A stretch of DNA of 64,000 nucleotides from Felis catus (lineage: Eukaryota). The stretch is from assembly GCF_018350175.1 (NCBI RefSeq), contig NC_058383.1, forward strand, positions 1,550,001 through 1,614,000, given 5' to 3'. Below, piece after piece: positions 1 to 12,524 of the stretch. The notes under the pieces are model-generated. The model did no database searches, had not been told where the DNA came from, and worked only from the letters and a program-made list of their open reading frames with translations. Position 1 is the first letter of the stretch, and every line of letters starts with the position of its first letter. A program made the translations under genes and the position numbers.

Positions 1-215
1 ATTTCTATAATAGGTCTTCAAGTTTATGGATTTTTTTCTGTTGTCTCCAAATGACTATTCAATTTGTCCAGTCAATTTTTAGTTTCGATGCTTGAATTTT
101 CCAGTTCTATAATTTCCATGTTATTTTTTATATCTTTTTATATCTTTCTTTTTCATATGTTTCAAGAGTGTTTGTAATTACTTGTTGAAACATTCTTTAT
201 GGTTGTTCTGGTTCT
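1..215 (-). mobile_element. Ancient LINE-1 (ORF1-region) fragment, antisense
   Basis: T-rich sequence resembling antisense L1M (ttttccagttctataatttccatg...). Confidence 0.5.
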
Positions 216-512
216 GGGGATGGTGAGTGGGTTTTATTGTGTGCGCACCATTGTTGCTCTTTAAAAGCTTCTCTCTTTGTTTTTAAGCATAGAAAGAGCA
301 GTGATGTTCAGACTCCTTCGTGACCGGAATACACAGAGAACCCACCAGTGGTTAAAAAAAAAAAAAAAAAAAAAGCCAGCATGGATAAGGACTATACACA
401 ACCAGTCTGTCCACAAGAGTTCATATAGCCTAATGAGCAGCACTAGAAAAATATCTTCCTGAACTCTCTGAAAATATGAGCTATAATTTTATTTTTTCAT
501 TATTAAAAACTG

Positions 513-717
513 TTTTAATGGTATCTCATTTTTGAGAGACAGAGACAGAATGAGAGTAGGGGAGGGGCAGAGAGATAGGGAGACACAGAATCTAAAGCAG
601 GCTCCAGGCTCCGAGCTGTCGGCACAGAGCCCGGTGCACGGCTCGAACCCATGAACCATGAGGTCATGACCTCAGCCGAAATCGGACGCTTAACCGACAG
701 AGCCACCCAGGCGCCCC
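513..717 (-). mobile_element. CAN-SINE (SINEC_Fc-like)
   Basis: Reverse complement of the GGGGCGCCTGGGTGGCTC head, tRNA-derived body, (CT)n region and A-rich tail. Confidence 0.95.
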
Positions 718-745
718 TTTTTAAATTATTTTCTTAAGTTTGTTT

Positions 746-1001
746 GTTTATTTATTTATTTATTTATTTATTTATTAATTTAAAAAAAATTTTTTTTTCA
801 ACGTTTATTTACTTTTGGGGGACAGAGAGACAGAGCATGAACGGGCGAGGGGCAGAGAGAGAGGGAGACACAGAATCGGAAACAGGCTCCAGGCTCCGAG
901 CCATCAGCCCAGAGCCTGACGCGGGGCTCGAACTCACAGACCGCGGGATCGTGACCTGGCTGAAGTTGGACGCTTAACCGACTGCACCACCCAGGCGCCC
1001 C
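746..1001 (-). mobile_element. Young felid CAN-SINE nested in the tail of an older SINE
   Basis: Full length, with (TTTA)n tail. Flanking repeats aagtttgttt (736-745) and aagtttattt (1002-1011). Confidence 0.95.
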
Positions 1002-1199
1002 AAGTTTATTTATTTTTGAGAGAGAGCGAGAGAGTGTGCACACGTGGGGCAGAGAGAGAGGGAGACAGAGGATCCCAAGCAGGCTCCACACTGTCACCAC
1101 AGAGCCCGACACGGGGATTCAACTCACAAACCGTGAGCTCATGACCTGAGCCGAAACCAAGAGTTGGACGCTAACCTGACTGAGTCACCCAGGAGCCTC
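1002..1199 (-). mobile_element. Older CAN-SINE
   Basis: Diverged head (cacccaggagcctc) and cagaggatcccaagcaggctcc body. Confidence 0.9.
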
Positions 1200-2607
1200 G
1201 AACGAGAATTTTAACTATAAATGGGTCCTTTTTCCTGTTTACCTTGGTTTTTGCCATCAGACCCACGGCTCAGATTTCTGGTGGGTCTCAGCACTCTCTG
1301 TAGTTCAGAGTGACAGTTTAACGAGCTCCTTACGCTCTTTCGCACCTGGACAGGGTTTGCTAATTCGGGCAGCAAGGAGGGTGAGCTGGAAGGGCATTTT
1401 GTTGGGAGACCCCAACCGACGACACACAGATCTTTCCTCTTGGGCCAGGTTCTCCAAGAGTTATCCCGTAACGTGCCGAGCGCCGCATCTGGGAGCCAAG
1501 GGAGGGGAGAGGAGAGGCCGGGGCGCGACTGCTGCTTTCCAGTTCTGGTGCTCTGCGTCCAGCCCTCACCTTCTGCAGCGCCTGGTGTCCCCGAGCCCAA
1601 GGTCTCTGTGGATCTTCCTCTCCGGGGACGAAATTTCTGAACAAGGAAGTCACCCGGTGGCTTTCCTTCTCAAACCAATACAGTCCGTGCACCCTTTGGA
1701 CCGTCAGCCCGCAGATGTGTACCGTGTGTGATGACGGATTCTCTCCTCTCCGGTGAGAAAGGCCGCATAGCGTTTGTCCTGTCTTGTGACAAGGGAGCGA
1801 GCGTTCGTGGACCTGTGACACTCGGCCTTGGCCACGGGCTGCCCCGCGGAGACGGGGCACGATCTTCAAGCACCTCCACGACAGGCAGCGGAAATCATCC
1901 CGAGGGCCATCCCGCAGGCAGTTCCCGTGGCTCCTGTGGTGTGAGGGCCCCCCCCACGTGGGCAGACCCAGCCCTGTCCCGGACAGGCCAGGCCTGCCCC
2001 TGACCCTCGATCCTGGGCGGGGTGAGGCAGGGGCAGAGCCGGGGGCAGGCACTGTCCCACGAGAAGCCTGCTTCTCTCGGGACTTCTGTGTGGTCTCCGA
2101 GCGAGGGGCAGCTCCCCCCCACCCCCCACCATCTACCACAAGATGATGTGGTCTGGGTTCTCTCCACACAGAGCCCGCAGCAGGAATCCCTGGCCAGCAG
2201 TGTAGGGGGTGCTCCCGGGAAGAGCCTGACGTTAAGTGAGGGCATGGACTCCCCCGAAGGGCAGCCCCTACCTGGTTGTTGGGGGGGAGGGGGAGCTCTG
2301 CCTCACAAGCGTCACGGGAGCCGTCCGGCCCGGTGGTGAGGGCGCCGGGAGGCTGAGCGTCAGCCCCAACTGCTCCAGGCCGGGGGGGGGGGGCCTGCGG
2401 AGAGGGTGGCAGGTGTGACACTTGGCACGGTGACCTGCAGCTGTGGGCAGACAGGACCCGAGGGGTCCGAGCGGGCTCCTAGAGCGCCTGCTCCGTCTGC
2501 CCGTGTGCCCACTGCACCAACTTCCATGACCCAGGGCATGGGTTTGACTTAGAAGTCTTTGAATGCTTATTTAGCAAAATACAGCAGTCCTTTTTCTTTA
2601 GATTCTA

Positions 2608-2746
2608 TTTTTTTTTAACGTTTATTTGTTTTTAAGAGAGACAGAGCGTGAGCGGGGGAGGGGCAGAAAGCGAGGGAGACCCAGAATCGCAAGCAGGATC
2701 CAGGCTCTGAGCTGTCGGCACAGAGCCCGACGTGGGGCTTGAACCC
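2608..2746 (-). mobile_element. 5'-truncated CAN-SINE
   Basis: Tail and body are present, but the match stops at ggggcttgaaccc; no head. Confidence 0.85.
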
Positions 2747-2869
2747 TGTCTGTTCCTCCCCAAACTCGTGCTGTGTTCGTTAGCTTAGACGGTGATGCGG
2801 TTTAGGATCTGCTGGGTAAGCCCCCTTAGTTATTCCTTTATATTTTCAATTTTTCCTTGGTGGTGGTCA

Positions 2870-3005
2870 CACCTGTATTTTTCGATGAACGTTAGAATCG
2901 CTGCTCATACTCCAGAGGGCCGGCTGGGACTTGTATGGGATGGCTTTAAATCTACAGACTAACTCGGGGGACAAGTGCGTCTTTACAGCATTAGGCCCTC
3001 CGACG
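2870..3005 (-). mobile_element. Ancient LINE-1 ORF2 fragment, antisense
   Basis: gggatggctttaaatctacagactaactcgggg resembles the antisense L1 motif gggattgcattgaatctatagatcaatttgggg. Confidence 0.6.
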
Positions 3006-4225
3006 CAGCGACACCACGGCCCTCCCCTTCCATTCGAAGGCTTCTCTCTGCCCTGGGGTGGAGGGTGTGCATGTGCGAGCGTGTGCGACGGGCCCGGCAC
3101 CCCTTCCTGCTGGAGCCCCCTCTTCCGGGGAGAGAGACGTTCCCAGGGGTACGATCCCCACCAAAGGGGTGAGCCCGTGAACGAATCCAGTCCCCGGCCA
3201 GTGATGGCCTCACGGCTCAGACAAGATCCGCGGGTCCCTCGTGAGACTTCACGCGTGGATTCCAGGAAAGAAAGGGCTTCCTCTTCTCCGGGGTCACCCC
3301 CCACTGGAAAGAGGGGTTGGGTCTGTGGAGCCTGAGAAACTAAACGGCAAAGGACCACCGTCTCTTGAGCACTTTCTGCGTGCCGGGCGCGGTTCCCCCG
3401 ATTCTCCAGAACGCGCTCCGGCAGGCCCCACGATCATCCGACGCTCAGCCCCTGGTGGACCCCGACGTTCACACCCACACTGGTGTGTGCAGCCTGCATT
3501 TCCGCTCTGGAGGCAGGCCCCACCACCCCTCCCACTCCACCTACGAGACCACGAGCACAGCGGGGTTTAGACCTCGTCCTGGGTCACACGGCCGGCCAGG
3601 GGCGGGGCCCGGATCCCCTTCTCAATCCGGAAAGTGGTCTGGGAGTGAGATGTCAGGAAGGACACCCCAAGGGGTGGTGGGGGGGTGCAGTGAGCCCCAT
3701 GCCCAGCCAGGAAGACAGCCATCCTCATTCCGTGCAGGAAGTTGGGGGGACTGTCCCTCGTCACCAGCGGGACACGTCCCTTGGGCACAGAGCCTGGAGC
3801 TCTCGGGTGCTCTCGGCCTTGGGGGAGGGGAAGCTGGCTCTCCTGGCCTGGATGCTCTGCCCACCCGGCCTCCCAGCTTCTGCTCGGGCTGGAGACAGCG
3901 ATTCATCCCGCGGGGGGTCCGGGTGGGGGCCTGAGGCTGAGTGACAAGGCGGTGCCCGCGGCCCCAGGGAGGGGACCGATGAGGTTCACCTTCCCGTCCC
4001 GCACCACCCCCCTCCACCTCGTGTGAAAGTCTCCTTGTGTTTCAGGCGGGCCAGTGACCGGGCTTGGCCAGCCAGAACATTCCATTCCTCTGGTGGTGCT
4101 GCGCCCAGCATGGGACACCCGCGAGGGTCATTTCTGTCACCTCTTCTATGAAATACGGCTGAGAAAATTGTTTTATTTAATTCCATATTTCCGACAACCA
4201 AGAGATCATCAAGATGTGCAATTTA

Positions 4226-4447
4226 GGGGCGCCTGGGTGGCTCGTCGGTTGAGTGTCCGACTTTGGCTGAGGTCAGTATTTCGCGGTTTGTGGGTTCGAG
4301 CCCCACGTCCGGCTCTGTGCTGACAGCTCGGAGCGTGAGGCCTGCTTCGGGTTCTGTGTCTCCCTCTCTCTCTGCCCTTCCCCGCTCACACTCTGTCTCT
4401 CGCTCCCAAAAAATAAACAAAATATTAAAAAAAAAAAAAGAAAAAAA
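4226..4447 (+). mobile_element. CAN-SINE with 15-bp TSD
   Basis: ggggcgcctgggtggctc head and poly-A tail. TSD aagatgtgcaattta (4211-4225) / aagacgtacaattta (4448-4462). Confidence 0.95.
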
Positions 4448-4509
4448 AAGACGTACAATTTAGGTGACTTCTACATTTTCTTGATGTGCTTTTCAGTTTT
4501 TATTTTTTG

Positions 4510-4740
4510 TTTTTTGTTTTTTTAAATTTTTTTTCAACGTTTTTTATTTATTTTTGGGACAGAGAGAGACAGAGCATGAACGGGGGAGGGGCAGAGAGAG
4601 AGGGAGACACAGCATCGGAAACAGGCTCCAGGCTCCGAGCCATCAGCCCAGAGCCCGACGCGGGGCTCGAACTCACGGACCGTGAGATCGTGACCTGGCT
4701 GAAGTTGGACGCTTAACCGACTGCGCCACCCAGGCGCCCC
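4510..4740 (-). mobile_element. Young felid CAN-SINE with perfect 17-bp TSD
   Basis: TSD tcagtttttattttttg at 4493-4509 and 4741-4757. Confidence 0.97.
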
Positions 4741-4744
4741 TCAG

Positions 4745-5180
4745 TTTTTATTTTTTGATATAATTGAGCGTCAAGTTAACTAACAGCGTATACAGCGTGC
4801 TCTTGGTTTTGGGGTCGATTCCCGTGATTCGTCGCTCACGTACAACACCCAGCGCTCATCCCAACAGGTGCCCTCCTCAGTGCCCATCACCCGCTTTCCC
4901 CTCTCCCCGCCCCCATCCGCCCTCAGTTTGTTCTCTGTGTTTAAGAGTCTCTTCTGGTTTGCCCCCCCCCCCACCCTGTCCATTTGTAACTGTTTTCTCC
5001 CCTTCCCCTCCCCCAAGGTCTTCGGTGAAGTTTCTCAAGATCCACATGAGTGAACTCATATCATATCTGTCCTTCTCTGACTGACTGGCTTCACTCAGCA
5101 TCCACGTTGCTGCAAATGGCAGGATTTCACTCTTTCTCATTGCCAAGTAGTATTCCGTTGTATATACAAACCACGTCTTC
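4745..5180 (-). mobile_element. 5'-truncated carnivore/felid LINE-1 (ORF2 C-terminus + 3' UTR)
   Basis: Minus-strand ORF 4877-5146 contains AMRKSEILPFAATWM..LSEASQSEKDRY.M.SL, the L1 ORF2 C-terminal signature, followed by the G-rich 3' UTR. Confidence 0.9.
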
Positions 5181-5314
5181 TGTTCTTTACTTTTAAAACA
5201 GAAATTGGCAACGAAAAAGGAGTAATTTCAATTTTTAAAAATTAGAGTCAGGAAAATATTTCGTCGAGGAACTCAGATCTGCTCTTTAGCAAGGCACAGC
5301 GCTAGACTGTCCGC

Positions 5315-5600
5315 GGTGACTCTCTGTGTCACCCTCTGGGACAGGCGCCCTCGGTGGCAAAGGGGACTCTGCAGATGTGAGCTGGGGAGAGCGTTCTGGA
5401 TGACCCAGGTGGGGTCAGCGTGGCCACGCAGGTCCTTAAAAGCGGGACGGCCTCCTGCTGCGGCCAGAGAACCTGGCCACGGAAGCGGGTCAGATGGCGA
5501 CGGAGGCTCCCCCTCTGTTGCTGCTCTGAGGGTGGAGGCTGGCGCCCAGCCGGGGCCCGAGGGCGGGGGGCTCTCCAGATGCAGGAAGAGCCCAGGGCGT
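5315..5600 (+). mobile_element. MaLR (MLT1-like) LTR fragment
   Basis: ggcaaaggggactctgcagatgtga...ctggatgacccaggtggg...ggtccttaaaag motifs typical of MLT1 LTRs. Confidence 0.6.
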
Positions 5601-5609
5601 GGGTTCGCT

Positions 5610-5905
5610 CCTGGAGGCTCTGGGGAGACCCCGCTCCAGGCTGCCTCCCCTCTGCCTGCAGGTGGTTTGTGGGCGGTCTTCGGGGCTCCTGGGCCGTTAG
5701 ACACTCCCGTCTCTGCCATCACCCTCCCACGGCGTCCCCCTGTGTGTCTGTCCTCCTCTTGTAAGGACACCGGTCAGACAGGGTCAGGGCCTCCCCAACA
5801 ACCTCGCCTTGACCTGGTTCCGTCCTAAACCAGGCCACCTTCACAGACCCCGGGGGTTAGGGCTCCAGCGTCCTACGTTGGGGTGGGCACGATTCAACCC
5901 ATAAC
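5610..5905 (-). mobile_element. MaLR (MLT1-like) LTR
   Basis: cttgtaaggacaccggtca...attcaacccataaca terminus. Confidence 0.7.
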
Positions 5906-6445
5906 ACACACGTCTCAGTACAACAACAACACTGACCGCTGGAAGGACGTTTCCCGGGAAGGACGTGTGCCGGGGGCCCTGGGAAGAAATGGAGGGGCGG
6001 GGGGATTAAGAACCACGTGGACTGCTGTGAACTTTATCGTGGATTTTAAATCCTCAGCAGATCTCACCTGCCCCCAGACATCCTGGTGCTGCCCCTGGCG
6101 GGCCACCACGTCCCAGCCACAGTGACTGGTGCGCGGACGAGCAACGTCCGTGGGAGGAGCTTCCCCGGGTGTGTCTAGCGGTGGATGGGTCTGTCCGCCC
6201 CCGTGGCTGGGGCCGTGGCTCCAGCCTTCTCCTGCTGCTTCCTGGAGAGAGTGAATGAGTCACCCGGGGCGAGAGGAGCCGGGCAGGGAGGATCTGGCCC
6301 CAGCGGGACCCGGCCGTGCGCAGGCCGGTCCCCTGGCTTCCCCACGTCACTTCAGCTGGGACCCTGTTACCTCCAACGAACACTGACTCTGAAGTTCTGT
6401 AATTTTTTCCCGAGACCTTACGCATTTCTAATTTTGTGCTGTTAT

Positions 6446-6664
6446 CATTTTGTTATTTTTTTTAAATGCCTATTTTTGAGAGAGAGAGAGACAGCGTGCG
6501 AGTGGGGAAGGGGCAGAGAGAGGGGGAGACACAGAATCCGAAGCAGGCCCCAGGCCCTGAGGCATGAGCACAGAGCCCAACGTGGGGCTCGAACCCACCA
6601 ACCGTGAGATCACGGCTGAGCCGAAGTCGGACACTTAACCGGCTGAGCCACCCGGGTGCCCCCC
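6446..6664 (-). mobile_element. CAN-SINE
   Basis: Full SINE body ending gagccacccgggtgcccc. Confidence 0.92.
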
Positions 6665-6699
6665 GATGACGATTTTAATGCAGCTTTTCTGATCATCCT

Positions 6700-8100
6700 T
6701 CCTGAGCTTAAGATGAATAGTCTTGAATTGGACAGGAGGATACTATTTCTCTGCAGAGAAAGAGAAGCCAGAAAATACCCAAATGAAACCACGCGCTCAG
6801 GGGATGGTCTCGGGAGCAGCGCAGGGATGAGAGGGGCAGGACCGAGAAACCCGAAGAAGGATCCAGAGCAATCCCAGGCTCCGAAGGGCGGACGGAACAG
6901 ACCGGAACCACGAGGGGGTCTCCAGCACTTGAGAGGCAACGCCAGAGTGTGGCGTTCTGTGGGCGGGGTCCCCAAAGGAGAAAGCAGCACAGGAAATAAT
7001 ACCTGAAGAAACCACAGCCCAAACTCCTCCAATCTGGCGAAAAACGTAAGTTCACGGAGCCTGGATCTGTCCTCCCGTCGTAAACCGAAATCGCAGACCC
7101 GGATGTCAAACCCAGAGCAAAGACTTTGAGAAGCAAACATACCAGAGGGTCTTTGGGAGCTCAGAATTACGTGCAAAAGCACAGTCCACACGGGAAAGGG
7201 CTGGTGACTCGGATGAACCCTGGGGATGAAACTGTCAGGGGAAGGAGGGGAGCCCCCAGTCTGGGAGGGGACGGGCCACTCGCAGACACAGCCAACTTGG
7301 GTCCCGAACAAAGAGCGCTCAAGGGCCGGCCGGGGGAAATCTCTCAACACGCGTGTTTGCAAAGAGGCTGGGCGGGTGGCAAACGAGCGCATCGGCCCTT
7401 TGGGAGACGCAGTCAAGGTGACCGTTGGTGCAAAACGGCGCCTCCGCTCCCAACCGCAGCGTCAGCATGTCAGAAACGTACAACGGCCCCGGCAGACGGT
7501 GATCCTACCGTGGGCACCGACCCGAGAAAGCCGAAAAGTTATGCAATTACACACTAATTACGCAAATAAAAATGACACAAAGATCTGTACCTGAAAGCTT
7601 ATCGTGGCTTTATTCTCCATCCCCTCAAACCCACAAAACCCAAACGTCCTTCAGCTGGCGAGCAGGTGAGCCGATGTGGTACGCCCGCTCCAGGGAGCCT
7701 GCCCGGTCAGAGGGAGGACACCCCCGCCCCCCGCTCCCAGAGTCGCTCTCAAAGGCGTTGCACTGAGAAAAGCCAGACCTCCAGGCTGCAGGCGGGGCCC
7801 CGCGAAGGAATGATGCCGGGTGGCTGCCTCTGGGAATGGGGAGCCAGGCGGGTGCTGGGGTGCAGGGCAGAGGAAGCCTCGCTACGAAGGGCTGACGCCA
7901 GGGGGTTAGCAGGTTGACTTTGGGCGTGGCGACGTGACTCCGTGCATTTGCCAAATTCGTACGATCCTATGCCAGAAAAAGTGAATCTTACCGCATGTGA
8001 GCTAAAACATAAACTCGAAAAGGGAAAGATATCTTCCAAGACAAACCCTGCTTCGGTGTATTAGCAATGACCACCAGAACCACGTGGGAAAAGAACCCAT
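6700..8100 (+). mobile_element. Degraded ancient LINE-1 (ORF1 relic, then ORF2 end/3' UTR)
   Basis: gaaataatacctgaagaaaccacagcccaaactcctccaatctggcgaaaaac is ORF1-like; catttgccaaattcgtacga...gtgaatcttaccgcatgtgagcta is like an L1M 3' end. Boundaries approximate. Confidence 0.65.
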
Positions 8101-8119
8101 TCAAAATCATCACAGCCTC

Positions 8120-8318
8120 GGGGCGCCTGGGTGGCTCAGTCGGTTAAGCGGCCGACCTCGGCTCAGGTCATGATCTCGCGGTCTGTGAGTTCGAGCCCCG
8201 CGTCGGGCTCTGCGCTGACGGCTCAGAGCCCGGAGCCCGTTTCAGATTCTGTGTCCCCCTGTCTCTCTGCCCCTCCCCTGCTTGTGCTCTCTGTCTCAAA
8301 AATAAATATTTAAAAAAC
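8120..8318 (+). mobile_element. CAN-SINE
   Basis: ggggcgcctgggtggctcagtcggttaagcg...tctcaaaaataaa. Confidence 0.95.
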
Positions 8319-8434
8319 CCTTTTTTTCACTGTCATCAGACGATCACGACGGCTGGACAGTCTCGGGATTGGGGTCTGCTATCTTCTTCCCTGTGTACTG
8401 GTCAGATTTTCGTCTCTTTTCTTTCCTCTCTCTT

Positions 8435-8662
8435 TTTAGTATTTATGTACGTATGTATGTATGTATTTATTTAGAGAGTGAGCAGGAACCAGCGGAGGAG
8501 GGGCAGAGAGAAACAGAGAGAGGGGGAGAGAGAGGATCCCAAGCAGGCTCCAGGCTGGCAGCATAGAGCCCAACTCAGGGCTCGATCCCCCGAATCGTGA
8601 GATCACGACGTGACCTGAAATCAAGCGTCGAACACTTATCCAACTGAGCCGCCCAGGCCCCC
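8435..8662 (-). mobile_element. Older CAN-SINE with (TATG)n tail
   Basis: gagaggatcccaagcaggctcc...ctgagccgcccaggcccc. Confidence 0.9.
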
Positions 8663-10034
8663 CTCTCGTGTCTCTTCGGAGTCTGGTAACTCTGGACCGC
8701 ATCCTGGACATTTTGAGACTCTCAATGCCACCCAATATTCTAGAGAACGTGGCTGTGGTCAACCTGGTTAGGTCCAGACCGCAGGTTCTGGCTCCTTCTG
8801 TGGGTGGCGGTTCCAAAATCCGCTCAGTTTCCAGAGGCTTCCCTGCCTCGGTGGGGTCTACCTGGCTCGGGTGCTGTGGCGGGATCGGTGTGGGGTTTGG
8901 GTGGTGGCTCAGGTCCCGGGCTCTGGGATAGAACCGCCTTTACACAGGTCACGTCTGCTCCGCTCACGGTCCTGTGCTGGTCATCCAGAACGGTGTCCGT
9001 CCTATTCCAGTACCTGACTAGCGGCTTGCCCCGTGTCCTGTTAGCGGGGAGGCCAAGTGCCCCCCGTCCAGTACTTCAAGAACTGCTTCGGCCGTTCCGG
9101 GCCCTTCGGTCTTCATGCGAGTTCTGGGGTCAGCGTGTCCACTCCCACGAAAATCCCGTGGGCACGGCTAGCGAGTCACCGCCCGGTAGTGTTGCTCAGG
9201 CTCGAGGACAATTCGGTTTTCTGGGCATTTGTGGTAAGGACGGATGGTATTTTTTCCCTTAAATGCTTTCCCTTCACCTGTCGAGATGACCAAAGATTTT
9301 TTTTTTTTTTATCCTTTATCCTGTAACCATGGAGAAATGCATAAATACATCCATGGTAAAGCAGGCTCTCAATCCGGGGTTAAACCAAATGGGGTGACAG
9401 TGTGCGACACGGATTTTTAGTGCTACTCAGACGGTTTGCTAAATACGTATTTTTAGGATTTTGCATGTATACGTACCGGGGATTGCAGCTAAGTGTGCTT
9501 TTGCTTGCCGTCCTCGTCGACGGGCACGAAGATTTTCCAACCCTCACAGAAACGGCTAGGGAATGTTCTTTTTTGTTCTCTTTTCCGAAAGACTTTGAGT
9601 AAGGTCGGCACCACCTGTGCCTTGAATACGTTTAGCTAGAACCTTCCCGTAAAAAAGGCTGAGGCTAGTCTTCACGTTGTGGGAAGGTTTCTAAAACACA
9701 GGAGAGTTTTGCCGTTGTTATCACACCATTCAGGTTGTGGCTCTTGCGTTTTCCCGGGAACCTGTTTCATCTATATTTTCGAACTTGTGGGCAAAAAGAT
9801 ATTCGCGATCCCGCCTCGTTAACTTCGCCTCTGTCCTGCTGTCTGAAGCTGTGTCCTCTGTTCCAGTCCTAGGGCTTTTATTCCAATGATTATTTTAATC
9901 GATCGGTCTTGCCAGAGGCTTGTAAACTACATTAGTCTTCCCCCCAAACCAGCCTTATTTTTGTCCTTCCTCCCCTGTACCTTCATTTTCCACTTCATTC
10001 ATTCCCATTTCGTCGTTTCCCCTCCATTTCTCTC

Positions 10035-10248
10035 TTTTTTAGCTTATTTTTTTGAGAGCGAGCGAGCGAGCATGAGCAGGGGAGGGGTAGAGAGAGAAGG
10101 CGAGAGAGAATCCCAAGCGAGCTCTGCACCATCAGCGCAGAGCCTGATGCAGGGCTCGATCTCGCGAACTGTGAGGTCATGACCTCAGATCACGACCTGA
10201 GCCGAAATTAAGAGTCGGGTCTTTCACCGACTGAGCCACCTAGGTGTC
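10035..10248 (-). mobile_element. Older CAN-SINE
   Basis: gagagaatcccaagcg...gactgagccacctaggtgtcc. Confidence 0.9.
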
Positions 10249-10304
10249 CGTTTCCCCCGTTTTCTTTGGAATTACCTTGTTGTTTTTATCTAAAGTTTTA
10301 AAAA

Positions 10305-10347
10305 TGATTTTAAGTTTATTATGAGAGAGAGAGAGCGGAGGAGGGGC

Positions 10348-10396
<49 letters not shown>

Positions 10397-10432
10397 TCCC
10401 GAGCAAGCTCCCTGCTGTCAGCACAGAGCCTC
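10305..10432 (-). mobile_element. Partial CAN-SINE with expanded (GA)n microsatellite (about 10355-10393)
   Basis: Tail, (GA)n run and gctgtcagcacagagcc; head absent. Confidence 0.8.
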
Positions 10433-10920
10433 ACACAGCTTCTGTCCACCGCCCTGACCTGACGCCCTCCGGGCCTTCCTGCTTACTCGGCCACGGCCAT
10501 GGCCACGGCCACGGCTGGGCTTCTTGCCTGCGCCTCTGTGCAGCCTCCTCCAGCCTCGGACCCGCTTCCCCTGCAGCCGCCTGCCCAGCCCGCCCCGCCC
10601 CTGCTCTGCCCGCTGGGCGCCTTCCCCAGGCCTGTCTCCTCCCCCAGCTTTCTCACTTCCCCTTCAGCTGCGTCTACCTGTGGTTCATTCAGTCTTTCCA
10701 AGGATTTCAAGTTTTGTTCCTGCTCATATCCGTCCTAGTTTGTGCCTTTCTTGCCCAGTCTTTCTATTCTCCCGCGTTATGCTTTCGTGCCCCTATTTTG
10801 TGTCTTTAAACACGTTTGTCTTACCCGCTGCTCCTGCTAAGTCACATCCGGAGTCTCGACAGACCTAGTTTCTTGTGTCGTGTCCGCCTCGTCAGCATGT
10901 TGCCCGACTCTTGTAGGTTT

Positions 10921-11135
10921 ATTTTAATTTTTAAAAAACATTTATTTTTGAGAAAGCGAGAGACAGTGTGAGCAGTGGAGGGGCAGAGAGAGAGAGGGAG
11001 ACACAGAATCCGAAGCAGGCTCCAGGGTCTGAGCTGTCCGCACAGAGCCCAACGTGGGGCTCGAATCCGTGAACCCTGAAATCGTGACCTGAGCCAAAGT
11101 CGGACGCTTACCCGACCAAGGCCCCCAGGCGCCCC
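10921..11135 (-). mobile_element. CAN-SINE
   Basis: Full length. Imperfect TSD tcttgtaggttt / tcttagaggttt. Confidence 0.93.
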
Positions 11136-12296
11136 TCTTAGAGGTTTTGAGATTTGAAAAACATTTCCGATGTGTATGTGTTTCATACAAATCCCTAAAT
11201 AACTAGGTTTGACCTTGACCTTGGAGCTCTCTGAGGCCTGGGCTGAGATGTGCTCCTTCAGAGAAACCCGTTTGCCTCAGGCAGACCCGTAGCGCCGATG
11301 GGCTCAGGTTAAATTAGAATTCTGACCTTGCCATTCTCGGGGTCACGCAGAGTCTAAAATTCAGGCCGCAAACCCTCCCCAGGGCTGACCAGTGCCAGGA
11401 ATTCCCCAGGGATTTTAAGAAAACACCAATGTTTCCAGGACTGACGTTGAGACCGCTTCCTACAGAAGGATGGAAACGTTTTCTGCTTCAGCGACTCACG
11501 GAGGGTGAGGCCCGTCCTGAGTCCCGCTGTCAGGCTGGGGGGTCTCTGCCCCACCCCTACCTGGGCCCCTCTGGGCACAACATACCGCCTGTCGCCCTGG
11601 GGGACACACAGTTCAGTACCCCCCCCCCCCCCCACCTCCTGGACTCCCGTTGGACTTTGTACCCAAGACTCAGGCTCGGCCCTCCTGGGCAGGGTCTGCG
11701 GGCCGTCCCCTGGCAGGGGGGTGGCCCCAGGGTGTTCGGTCCAGCACCTCTCACATTCTGGCTCTCGTCAGTATCTCCCGGGGCGGCCCGCGGTGTGGCG
11801 GGTGCTGGGGGGGCGGGGGCCACCCCAGAGCCCCCAGAGGTGGGTGCGCACCCGGTTACGCACATGGGGACCGCCAGGTCCGTGGTTCCGCATGAGGCCC
11901 ACGCCCCTGCCTCAGGGGTGACATGCGAACTTGGGCTCGAGGACCATCTGGGTGGCTCGTGGGGACACACGCTCTGCTCGCCGTCCGCATCACTCTTGGT
12001 GCCACGGAGCCAGCTCTCGAGTCCACGCGGCTCACTGATCATGTGGTTTTTATGTAAGTTCTGTCTTCTGTTTATTCCTTCTTCCTATGATCCTTTTGGG
12101 TGTGTCTGATGTGTACATTCTCGGCTCTATTATTTCTTGTTTGGTCCCGCGTTCCTTCTGGCCGTCTCAGCTGAATCCCGAAGTGTAGACGTGTCGCGTT
12201 GTCTCCGGCCGTCCAGAGTTTCAGTGTGGTTTCTCACTTCCTCTTTGGCTCAAACCTTGTGTAGGAGACTACTTGACAAGTCTAATCCTAAAACGA

Positions 12297-12524
12297 GGGG
12301 GCGCCCGGGTGGCTCAGTCCGTGAAGCGTCTGATTCTCGGTTTTGGCTCAGGTCGTGAGCTCAAGCCCCGTGTGGAGCTCTGTGCTGACAGCAGGGAGCC
12401 TGCTTGGGATTCTCTCTCCCTCTTTCTGTCCGTCCCCTGTTCCTGCTCTCTCTCTCCCCCCCTCTCCTGCTCTCTCTCAAAATGAATAAATAAAACTTAA
12501 AAAAATAGACGTTTAAAAAAATAA
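12297..12524 (+). mobile_element. Older CAN-SINE with 18-bp TSD
   Basis: TSD aagtctaatcctaaaacg (12278-12295) / aagtctaatcataaaatg (12525-12542). Confidence 0.92.

Noticed and set aside
8120..8200. tRNA-like A/B box sequences
   Set aside because: These are heads of tRNA-derived CAN-SINEs, not tRNA genes.
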